A DNA stretch of 64,000 bases from Anaerolineae bacterium (GTDB taxonomy: Bacteria > Chloroflexota > Anaerolineae > UBA7937), in contig DAOULQ010000005.1 of assembly GCA_034419095.1 (NCBI GenBank), forward strand, positions 1,024 to 65,023, given 5' to 3'. A program made the position numbers and the translations under genes. Positions 27,186 to 36,700 of the stretch are shown one piece after another; position 1 is the first letter of the stretch; the number at the start of each line of letters is the position of its first letter. The notes beneath the pieces were generated by a model. The model was not told where the DNA came from, made no database searches, and saw only the letters and a list, made by a program, of their open reading frames with translations.

Positions 27186-27836
27186 CAACTCTGCATACTG
27201 GGGTGACCATCCCTTCGGGAAAACATCATCTTGAAAACCGGAAAAGGCCCCTCTTGGAAGGAAGGTGGAAAGTGACCAGTTAGGAGAAGAAGGGCGAGGG
27301 AGGTAGGGTTTTCAAGTAGAAGTGTGAAGGCTGAATAGCGGCTACTGATAGGCTAGAAGGCCGCCTTATCGAAGCGGGTCAAAGCACTGTCACCTTTGCG
27401 ACCCAGGTACTAGACTTCTCGAGTATTCGGGGGAGGAGCGGAGGTTTGCTCCGGAGATGATTGGGAGGGGAGACCAAGAGGCCGAGAGGACTACTATCTT
27501 CTTGCTGGCTATGCAGATGAAGTGGCAGGCAAGTGGCGTTGGATTACGCTCGGGGTGGCGGTCGCAACCCTCCTTGTGCCTATTGTCTCTCCAATTCTCT
27601 CTCGCTAATCAAGTGAGGAGGGTCTTTGGGGTGGTGAGGCCTGCGAAAGCAGCTCTCTTTTCTGGTTCCTTTTACCTTTCGCATGGCTCCTGTTCATTGA
27701 AAAGTGAGAGCGTGACCCAGTCCTGACGAGGAAGCAGACGGCAATTTACACCACGTGACAAGACGCCAACCTTCCCCGGGGCTTATCACTGTTTGGTCCG
27801 CTATCGAGAGTCACCCCTATGCTCAGCAATTCTGCT

Positions 27837-28733
27837 TCACGACGGCAGGCTCAAGCCTTTCCGGATGGCTTCAAAGAGATCTTTCCGTCGTTGATACGGA
27901 TCCCTTGCCAACCTTACTTCATCGGGCGATAGATCACGGAGAAAGCGATAGCCCTCCATACACCGTGCAATGACAGTTTCACTCTCAGGTCGACGATCCC
28001 TGCGAATCAACCGTGTCAGGTCACCCCATTCGTAACGGCCCGACCGGATGTTGGCGAAGAACCGATCAGGGTCGAAGGGGTCTCCCACTAACCAGCATTT
28101 GAGGACAGCCACAGTCCGTACTAGGTTGCGATCGAAGGGCATCTGCTGAAACTGGAACAGATCGTAGACATCTCGCGCCGTGGTCCGTTGATACGAAGCC
28201 CTGATCTTCTCGGCAACGATTTCCTCGAAGTGCAAGGTGGTGACCGACGGCGGCTCGATCTCCAACTGCTTGAAATAGGCGTCAACGATCAGGGGCAAGG
28301 TCTGTATTCCTAGGACGGGCTCCTCTCGCAGGCTGACATCAAAGGCAAACTGTGCCGATGGGTTCCACGCGTGGAAGTAGCTCACCCTTGCCCCACAGGC
28401 CTGGCGATCCTCGCGGACGTAGAAGTCTTCGGTCCTAACCGAAAAGGTGATGCCGTAATACGCCTTTCCATCGAAGAGGCCGGCGATGGCCAGGATCAGA
28501 TCTTCGGGGTCGGAGATCTCCGGGGCGGTGAAGTCCAGATCCTCGGAGAACCGCCCAGCCCGCCCCAAGAAAACCTTGCGCATGCAGGTTCCCCCTTTGA
28601 AGATCAACCGCTGCAGCAACCCTCCATCGGCCAGGATGCGCAGAACGTAGGTCAGAACCACATCCCGCTCGGCCACAGGAAGGATCACGCCAGAGCCCCT
28701 GGCGAATAGATCGGCGAACTTCTGCTCCAGCAC
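27837..28733 (-). CDS. AbiEii/AbiGii-family nucleotidyltransferase toxin
   Basis: 298 aa. LIFKGGTCMRKVF...RFSEDLDFT nucleotidyltransferase motifs. GTG start 1 nt after the AbiEi stop. Confidence 0.85.
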   Translation of the reverse strand: MLEQKFADLFARGSGVILPVAERDVVLTYVLRILADGGLLQRLIFKGGTCMRKVFLGRAGRFSEDLDFTAPEISDPEDLILAIAGLFDGKAYYGITFSVRTEDFYVREDRQACGARVSYFHAWNPSAQFAFDVSLREEPVLGIQTLPLIVDAYFKQLEIEPPSVTTLHFEEIVAEKIRASYQRTTARDVYDLFQFQQMPFDRNLVRTVAVLKCWLVGDPFDPDRFFANIRSGRYEWGDLTRLIRRDRRPESETVIARCMEGYRFLRDLSPDEVRLARDPYQRRKDLFEAIRKGLSLPS

Positions 28734-28734
28734 C

Positions 28735-29556
28735 CTAAACGATCCTTATCTCACTCCAAAGCTGCTGCGCCGGGACGTTCACCACTATCTGCCATTTGGA
28801 CTCATAGTCCCCGCCGGTTCCCCACCGGCTGATCGGCCCCAGGTAGGTCTTGGACTTGCCGATGGCCACCAGTAGCTTCGCCGCAAGCTCCTGTGGCAGG
28901 GGGTCGGTCAGGGTCTCCAGCAGGTACCCCAGCCGCTGTGTGAGGGCATGGGACCCCATCCGCAGGGCGTAATCGGCCAGTTTCTCCAAGTCAACCTTGC
29001 TCCGGGCGGAGTGCACCACACGAGCAACCTCTACGATCCCTCCAGCATAGCTCATCTTATCCAGGGAATCCACCACTGCCTTCTCTGGCTCGGCCATCAT
29101 CACCTCGGTGGTATAGACCTTGGTCTCATGGTAGCCGAAGAACTTGGAGGGTGAAAGAGCAACGAACCGGTATTCCACACCTCGGATCTCCATGGGGCGC
29201 TTCGAATGGGTGGTGGCGATGTAGACCGTGGCCGGCACTTGAGGGGTGAAACCATAGAAGTGGTTGGCCGTGGCGTAGGAGTAGTAATAGGGGGCGACGA
29301 GCACACTCCCTGCCAGGAGGGGGTTCATATCCGGGACTGCCTCGCTGCCTCGACTGGCGGGGATAAACTGGTACTTCCCCGGCTCCAGCCGGTCTAGCCA
29401 CCGCTTCTTCTCCAACTGGTGAGCCAGCTTGCGGGCGTGGACATAGGAGCAGCCCAGGATGTCCATCACATCCTGCAGGGTGACCAGCTTCTGCTCCCTC
29501 CACTCGAGCTCCATGACCAGCTTGGACTCCAAATTGGACAGCGTTCGGGACACCAT
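28735..29556 (-). CDS. AbiEi-family antitoxin / transcriptional regulator
   Basis: Start set at MVSRTLSNLESKLVMELEWREQKLVTLQDVMDIL... with AAAGGTGG upstream, giving 273 aa. wHTH N-terminus. The track's 410-aa ORF extends into the REP cluster. Confidence 0.8.
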   Translation of the reverse strand: MVSRTLSNLESKLVMELEWREQKLVTLQDVMDILGCSYVHARKLAHQLEKKRWLDRLEPGKYQFIPASRGSEAVPDMNPLLAGSVLVAPYYYSYATANHFYGFTPQVPATVYIATTHSKRPMEIRGVEYRFVALSPSKFFGYHETKVYTTEVMMAEPEKAVVDSLDKMSYAGGIVEVARVVHSARSKVDLEKLADYALRMGSHALTQRLGYLLETLTDPLPQELAAKLLVAIGKSKTYLGPISRWGTGGDYESKWQIVVNVPAQQLWSEIRIV

Positions 29557-29679
29557 TTTTGAACCACCTTTGTTGTTTGTCTTAAATCGAGTTACTATTT
29601 CAGTAACATCATGCAATATGCTTAACCAATTATATCGCCACCTCCCTCTGTTTGCAAGCCCGCAAGGCAAGGGGTTGTG

Positions 29680-29900
29680 CTCACCAGTCAACGCCTGGCT
29701 CACCTTGCGTAAGTGTTGCTCCCCAGGCTGCCCTCCCCTGCCCTGCCTGTCCTGGCGCTTGACAGGCCAGGGGCACGTGGCAGGCCAGGGACCCTGTCGG
29801 CCTGTCCCGGTACTTGTCAGGCCGGGGGTTCGGCCCAGTCCTGGCGGAAGTGGGCCAGGGGACAGGGCGTGGCAGAGCAGGCAGGACAGGCAGAGAGGAG
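29680..29900. repeat. REP-like cluster (GCCAGGGG / TGTCCTGGC word family)
   Basis: Read directly: ...CCTGTCCTGGCGCTTGACAGGCCAGGGGCACGTGGCAGGCCAGGGACCCTGTCGGCCTGTCCCGG...GGGCCAGGGGACAGGGCG... The same words occur at 11330-11380 and 1428-1790. Confidence 0.7.
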
Positions 29901-30573
29901 AGAACACTCTTCCATAGCTCCTTCGCGAACCGCCGCACCTCCTGGAGAGGAATCTCCTCCAGATCATTCATATTCAACCCATCTCGTGGCAAACTTATCT
30001 TGAGGGTCTTTTCTCCTCCCAGGATCCTGTTAAGGAGACTCCCAGCATTTAGGCCCACCTCCATTTCTAGTGGTGATCTGTACAGAGTGAGCCCATTGCT
30101 TTTTCCCTCTCTGTCAAGTGCCAAAAGTGGCACGCATCCGAAAGCCTAGGGAGGAAGCTTGCCCATCTGAAGAGGCTTCAAGCCTTGTCGACGTGCTAAG
30201 ATTCTAGGGACAAGGAAAGCCCTCCATGTAGAGGGCTTGCACACAGCTCAGATGCATATGTGGTTTTTTGTATCCCCACCCAATTTTCGCGCCTTTAGGG
30301 GCTTCAGAGAGGCTCAAGCGTGGTCAGGAAAGCGTCCTATCACCCCTATCAGCTTGCTTAGGGTTTTGCTGCCCCACCGGTTCGCTCAGGGGCTGCTCAG
30401 AACAACCCTGCCACCTCTGGCAGGCAACTCCCCCCTTCTGGGCAGAGATGACGGATGGTCTCATCTTGGCGCGCTCCCAACGGGCCCATCGTTGGGGAAG
30501 CCGCGAAAGGCGTATTAGGCACTGTGTCCCTGCTCTCTTATCGCGCTGTGCATGGGTGCGGCCAGCTGAGACA

Positions 30574-31533
30574 TCATCTTTTTAAGACTCGATAAACGAT
30601 CGATCTTACGACTGCAACAGCACTACCCGATGTAGGGCCTGTGAAAATTGAAGCGTCCCTAGTTATTGCCAACTCACCGCTCCGTTCCCAATAGGGTTGA
30701 TAGCTCTCCTTCAGCTTTAACCCGCGATAAGCCATGTAGTCCTCAAGTGTGTTGGAGGTATAGATGTGCTTGTAGATTGTGTCCACTTTCTCGCAGAGTG
30801 TAGTTGCTCTGGTTTCTGAGGCATCCAAGATTGTGACCAGCGGACCGCCTTGATCGGCGTATGATTTCAGGTCAAATCTGGTCAGGATGTCCCCGATGCG
30901 GAAGTCTTGCTGAATGAAGATAGTGCCTTTCTGAGCATCCACCAAGGTCGGAACATAGCTGTAGTGTGTAGCATGGTGACGGATATCCAGTAGCTTGTCA
31001 CACTCGTCCAACATTGTCTCTAAGGTGGGATAGTCCGGGTGGCTATTATTCTTAAGCCAACCCTTCACATCTGAGGGATTCAGGCCAGTCAGCACCTTCT
31101 GCTTGCGCTTTACTACTGGCTTATAGTGTTTGCGATTCAGCAGGGTAAAGAGTTGATTCGCGAGTGCGCATACAGCCTGGTACAGGTCAGCGTGGAGCGC
31201 GTCGAAAGCTTCTTTGGCTTCGAACATCCGTAGTTCAAAGGTATGGCTCGGGGGTGAGGCAGGATCAAGGAGTTCCCGCATTTGCTCTAGTTGATGATAC
31301 GCGCCTGCCAACTTCACATATACCGTATAGAGTAGAGTCTGCAGATAAGCGAACTCCTTCTGCTGCTCCCTACTAGGGGGGGCTCCAGAGACGGTTGCCA
31401 AATTGTCTACATTGAAAGCTGCCGCCAATTCTCGGAGTCCCCACCAGTAGTCGATGACAGCAATATCTTTGTATTTCTCCTCTTCATCTTGCCCATGGCA
31501 CAGATCGCGATCGATAGTTGCCGGTTTTGACAT
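30574..31533 (-). CDS. hypothetical protein with HEPN-like Rx4H motif (Cthe_2314-type HEPN candidate)
   Basis: Start set at MSKPATIDRDL with AGGAG 8 nt upstream (319 aa). Helical. LLDIRHHATHYSY fits R-x4-H. Confidence 0.55.
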   Translation of the reverse strand: MSKPATIDRDLCHGQDEEEKYKDIAVIDYWWGLRELAAAFNVDNLATVSGAPPSREQQKEFAYLQTLLYTVYVKLAGAYHQLEQMRELLDPASPPSHTFELRMFEAKEAFDALHADLYQAVCALANQLFTLLNRKHYKPVVKRKQKVLTGLNPSDVKGWLKNNSHPDYPTLETMLDECDKLLDIRHHATHYSYVPTLVDAQKGTIFIQQDFRIGDILTRFDLKSYADQGGPLVTILDASETRATTLCEKVDTIYKHIYTSNTLEDYMAYRGLKLKESYQPYWERSGELAITRDASIFTGPTSGSAVAVVRSIVYRVLKR

Positions 31534-32415
31534 TAGATTTCTCCTATTAGGATTCGATTGACGATAATAACCGCCGAAATGGAATCTAACCGCGCCACAT
31601 GCGGACTCACCCGAATGATGCCAGAAGAGATTGCGCGTGTCAACCGTTACCACTGGCCGGTTGTTTGTCAAACCACCATTAGGCGAAGAAAACGCCCGCG
31701 CGCGGCGACTTTTCCTACCACTAAAGATCGTCAAATTGGTAGTTTGACGAGCGTATTCTCGCCATACTACAAGAGGCTGCCGCCCGAAATCCAGCCCTAG
31801 CTCATCACGAGCGATCTTTTCCTCAAAGACACCTTGGAGTCTTGCAAATCAATATACATGACCACCGAGGGGATGCCAGAAGAGAAGAGGAAATGCTGAG
31901 ATTGACAAGGTAGATGGATATGTATAGCCATGATCGATATGTCCTACCAATAGAGCATCATCATGAGCTTTACCGTGCACTGGACTTCGAAAACCTGATG
32001 CTGGGTTCTTTAGCTAGTGGAAGATGGAGAGGATCACCAGGCGAAGGGACGGCTATCGGTCGAGGAAAGGAGGGGTGTAGTGGGTGTGAGTGGTAATTAG
32101 ATACTATGAGTCTCACCCCTGCTGGGGCTTCTGATTACCCATTTCCTGCAAGGGAGGCATCGCATCTCGCCCCCTCCCGAAGCATCATACGAAATTTACG
32201 CCGCAAAACCCGTTCACAGCGTTGGAGTACCAGAGAGCAACCTATGACCCTGTGGATTCCATAAGAAGAGGTGAGGTGTTTGGGTTGACAAGGGAAATGG
32301 GTATCTATACCCATCATGGATGTATCTTCCCAGGAAAGAATCATTGGAGGTCTTGTAAGGCACTGGGCTTCCACGGTCCAACGTTGTGTTCTGGGGTGAA
32401 TACAGGACGGAGAGC

Positions 32416-32772
32416 CTGGCTGTGCATTCCGCAGAAAGATGGGTTACCTTTCGAGCTGGAACTGTGCCTGGCGTGATCTCTCCAACGCAGTGTGATTGAG
32501 AAGCAAAGGGACAAGGATTCAGGGCGAGAAGATCGAATCTTGTGTTGGCGAAATCTATGCTGAGGCTGTGCGCAAGAAGCTTGTAAGGGTGACCCCGAAG
32601 GTCGCGTTCTGCCTGTTACTTGTGTGAACACCGAACGGACCTAAAAACGATAGGTGTTTGACCTTTACAATCGACACCAGTCTACCACGTGGCCGCAAGA
32701 CTCGCAAGAAGCAAGGCGTAGAAGCAGGAGCCAAGAGTCGCTCCTCTTTCATATGTCAGGAAATGAGCGCAG
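32416..32772 (+). repeat. conserved non-coding leader, copy 1 (paralogue of 46371-46798)
   Basis: The first ~150 nt (CTGGCTGTGCATTCCGCAGAAAGATGG...GGCGAAATCTAT) are ~90+% identical by eye to 46371-46515. More similar blocks follow (CTAAAAACGATAGG..TTGACCTT.ACAATCGA...GTCTACCA.GTG, and a GGAGCC...GCTCC hairpin before the start codon). Confidence 0.8.
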
Positions 32773-33253
32773 ATGAGTGAGGAAGACCTGAAGGTAGTTG
32801 GGGAACTCTTCGACAAGGCAAAGGAGAAGTCTGAGCGGGACGGCTACCTGACACCAGTTCTCTTCGCCTGGGCACCCTGTGGGCGCCTGACAATCAGCTT
32901 CATTGAGGGCAATCTGCGCAACATCTTGCCAAGTACGTGCCACACGCTACGGCTCTCGGGCTATGATAGGTTCGCCCTGATAATCGAGGGGTGGATCGTT
33001 CTGGGAGAAGAGAACCTCCAAAGACATCGAAAGCTGGGTAGGAAGGATGCAAGAGCAGCCAAAGGTACAAACCTCTATCCAGATCATCTTTGTTAGCCCA
33101 GAAGAGACCTTTGGCAAGTTTGCCATCTATGATGAGACCCAGGGCGGTTGGGTTCTGCTCAAAGAAGTAGAAAGCACGCCAGATTGGAGCCTCGCTGGTG
33201 TCTTGATAGATGCCACAAAGGGAGGCGTAGATCGAGAACACAAAGAGGAATAA
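32773..33253 (+). pseudogene. frameshifted paralogue of the 159-aa protein at 48059-48538
   Basis: ORFs 32773-33096 and 33047-33253 together align to the whole 159-aa protein. There is one extra C at ~33018-33019 (AACCTCCAAAGAC versus AACCTCAAAGAC). Confidence 0.8.
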
Positions 33254-33289
33254 GGGATCTTTCAGAAGCAGAACCCAACAAGGCAGAGC

Positions 33290-33500
33290 GTGAGAACAGG
33301 AAAAGGCTAACGAACCCCCTCCGTCCTCACTCGAACCCATAAACCAGCCTTATCACCGTATCAGAGCCTCTCTCACCCGTTCTCTCAGGCGATTCTTGGG
33401 GGTAGACAGGAGCCATGGGGCCAGGTGTGATCTCAAGGGTCTAAGCGGGTCTTCATATGATCTTATGCCTAGAAAGAACGTGGCAATGGGAGGGCAGACG
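33290..33500 (+). repeat. R3 dispersed repeat, copy 1 (intact, shows the empty IS110 target)
   Basis: ...CCGTCCTCACTCGAACCCATAAACC...CTCTCTCACCCGTTCTCTCAGGCGATTCTTGGGGGTAG...GTGATCTCAAGGGTCTAAGCGGGTCTT... aligns with 60840-60914 + 62596-62775 and with 59830-60085. Confidence 0.75.
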
Positions 33501-33722
33501 GACTGGGAGAATAGTCATAGTAGGCCACCATCAAGATGGCAGTTCTGCTCCGGGAGCAGGGTTTGCTGGCGCAATCAGCACAATCCGGATACGAGAGGAG
33601 GCAGTTCCTGCCACAAGTAGCAATCGGGAGCCCTGTTATCAATGTGTCTGACGCATGAACTCATGGTACTAAGAGAGAACGGGAGGCCGAAGTCCATTGG
33701 CGGATACCACAAGCATTCCGGC

Positions 33723-36700
33723 TCATGATCGTTTGGCTTCAGGGAAGACGACATACGTGCCATCCTCGACTATCCTTCCATCATTGAGTAGCTCCATGAC
33801 AATATGGTCTACAACAGCGTTCATGTCACTCGTAGTACGCTTGAACCCAAATAGTTTGCATACTTCATTCGGAATCATTTCGCGCTGTATCCCATAAGAG
33901 GCTCCGACAACCTTCGATATCGCTAATTCAATCTCTTCTGGCGCTATCAAGCGAATATGTCGTGATGCATTGGGCAGGCCTGATCTTGAACGAAGCTTCG
34001 GCTGCTTCATACCCGGTCGCCAGAGGAACGGTCCCCTTCCAATTACGAAACCCTCATCAATAGCAGCTCTCAAACCCAGCTCAAAGGTTGTCCGAATTCG
34101 CCTTCCAATTCGCTTAACCCCTGCGCAGTTCGCAATCCGTCTGGCCACTTCGTCCTGGTGAACAGGGCTTTCAGTATCAACCACGTCTTTGATCCAAGCG
34201 GCCATTCGGCGCCGCGAAACTTCATGCAACTGCTCTCTGTAGTATAAGGTAATGTTCGGCTTCGCTGTCTTGTATGGCTCAGAATCAAGGGCAGGTCTTT
34301 TGGCCATTCCTGGCTTGTGCCTCTCGATTGGTGGTGCTCGTTGAACGTGACTGTGTGGCGAACTCATTTCGGACTGCGCCTCAGATGCGCGGTGTCCCTT
34401 GGCTGCCTCAATGCCTTTTTCTAGTCGCTGCATCTCTCGTCCAGGATTGCGAAACCAATCCGTGCTCCAAATTCGATGAATCTGCCAGCCTAAGTTTTCT
34501 AGCACTTCTTGTCGTAGACGATCTCGATCTCGGGCTGACCTTGCGCTGTGGTAGGTTGCGCCATCGCATTCAATGCCAAGCAAGTACCTTCCCGGTTGGT
34601 CCTCATCAACAATCGCGAGATCAATGAAGAACCCTCCGGTTCCAACCTGATGTTCCACTCGATGGCCCAATTGCCTTAGTCTGGCTGAGACAGCTTCTTC
34701 AAACGGGGATTCGACCTCTCCTCCAGAAGGTATAGGAATATCAAGATAACCTGTGTCGGCGTATTTCAGGAATCTCTTCAAGACTTCAACACCTCTAGCT
34801 CTTGTCTTACCTAGGTCTATGTCGTCGGCCTTTAGATTCGTGAATACTTCGCATCGCTTTCGAGCCCTTGTGATTAGGACGTTTAGTCGACGTTCTCCCC
34901 CCTCATGATTCAGCGGACCGAAATTCATGCTCACTCGACCGTCGCTAGTTCGTCCATAGCCCACACTTATGAAAATCACGTCACGCTCATCACCCTGAAC
35001 GTTTTCTAGATTCTTGACGAAGAACGGCTCTTCCGGATGGCTACGGAAGAATTCCTCGCAGGATACATCCTGGCGCCGACCTATCTCAAGTTGGTCCCGA
35101 ATAGCCTCTGTTTGGCTAATACTAAAAGCAGCTACTCCTAACGTAAGGTCAGGGGAGGTTTTTGCGTGGCGCATGATCGCCTCGGCAACCTTCTTGGCTT
35201 CTCCTAGATTTTTGCGACTCTTTCCTCGGTCATACTCCGTATTAGGCAGATAATGATAGAAAAGCCCCACTTCTCTCTTGCCCTTGTCAGGACTAGGGAA
35301 TACAACTAACTTGTTGTGATAAAACTCGTAGTTGGAAACGGTAATCAAGGATTCATGTTGGCTCCTGTAGTGCCAACGAAGCATTCTTTGAGGGATTCCT
35401 TGAGCGACAGATAGACCCAATATGCTCTCAAGGTTGACTGGTTCGCTCTCAGAGTAATCCTCATCCACATCGATCACAGTTTCAAAAAAAGGTGTCGGAG
35501 GGAGTTGGCGATCATCTCCAACAACCACCACCTGCGTTCCTCTCAAGATCGCGCCAAACGCATCAACAGGTTTCACCTGACTCGCCTCGTCAAAGATGAC
35601 CATATCGAAATCTACTGTGTCGGGGGGCAAGAACTTGGCAATCGAAAGTGGGCTCATCATAAAGACCGGCTTCACGACTTGGATGACGTTCCCGGCCTCC
35701 TGCATCAGTTTCCTGATCGGTCTATGACGCCGTTTCTTTGCGAACTCATAATACAGGACACCAAGCTGACCACTAGCTCGATGTTTGGGTAAGGTCTTCC
35801 AATGGTCATAGGCTAGTTGAACACGATTCTGGTCTAGTAATCTCGTATCCAATTCGCAAAACTTCCTCATGGAGAGTTCATGGATTTCACCATCGAAATC
35901 CCGCAATATCGGACGCTCTACCCATGCTCTTTCAAGCAACATGCTTAACCATGTATGTTGGAGGAGATCAACAAGGTGGCGGTGTGCAAGCGGCCATGAA
36001 AGTGAGGTTTCTACAACGCTCTCAAGACCTGTCTCATCTAATTGGCGTGCTAGGCCCCTCAGCGCTATGATTTCTTGTAAACGGTCTAGCTCATTTAGCC
36101 AGTTCTTGAGATGGTTGTCCTGCTCCTTCAAAGGAAGGTCGATGAGCGTCTTGCCCTCTCCAAATCTCATCGACTGATCAAGTTCAAGGCTTTCGATTGC
36201 TTCTTGAGTTGCATTCTCGTGCCCTGCAAGCTTGCTTCTCAATTGAGCGTTCTCTTGTTCAAGGACCGATGAGCCGGCCAAGGTGGCGACGAAGTCTACA
36301 ATCTGAGTTGGCAGTTCGCCTTCATTGATCTTCCTGTGCAATCCTGCAAGCCAACTCGAAATGCCAATTAACTCTTCCCAGTTTGATTGGACGCCTCGCC
36401 ATCTTGCACCAAAGAGATCGCTTGCTTCTTCATTGAAATCTTCTACAGTAGGGGTTAACCTATTGACTTCGAGGATTGCATCAAGAATCTCAAGCTGGCG
36501 GTCGCTGGACTTCGGCAGATCCTTCGTGCAAAGATCGGCCAGTCTTGTCTTAGCTTCCCGGTAACTCCTCGATAGTGTGCGCCACCACTTTGGCCCATAA
36601 TGAGCAATCAAGCCACGGAGCTCCAGGACGTCCTCATCCCATGACTCATCTCTTACGATCTTGTCGTACACGTCGTGCAGGCACTTGATCCTGTGGCCAG

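Noticed and set aside
29557-29967. 137-codon N-terminal extension of the AbiEi ORF given in the track (410 aa)
   Set aside because: The extension is Arg/Gly/Pro/Cys-rich and is encoded by the REP-like cluster. A good RBS and ATG at 29556 give a normal-length AbiEi.
29681-30133. 150-aa ORF (MPLLALDREGKSNGLTLYRSPLEMEV...)
   Set aside because: Its C-terminal half is encoded by the REP cluster. There is no recognisable motif or RBS. The N-terminal ~80 aa might be a gene relic, but I cannot support that.
30237-30585. Overlapping 93-aa and 105-aa plus-strand ORFs
   Set aside because: Their composition is Arg/Pro/Leu/Ser-rich, they overlap each other in different frames, and they have no RBS. The region more likely holds non-coding hairpins (for example CTGCCA-CCTC-TGGCAG).
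32222-32476. 84-aa ORF covering the start of the conserved leader (ends ...WLCIPQKDGLPFELELCLA)
   Set aside because: In the paralogous copy at 46371, an in-frame TGA lies immediately upstream of the conserved part. The conserved block is therefore not a functional coding sequence today.
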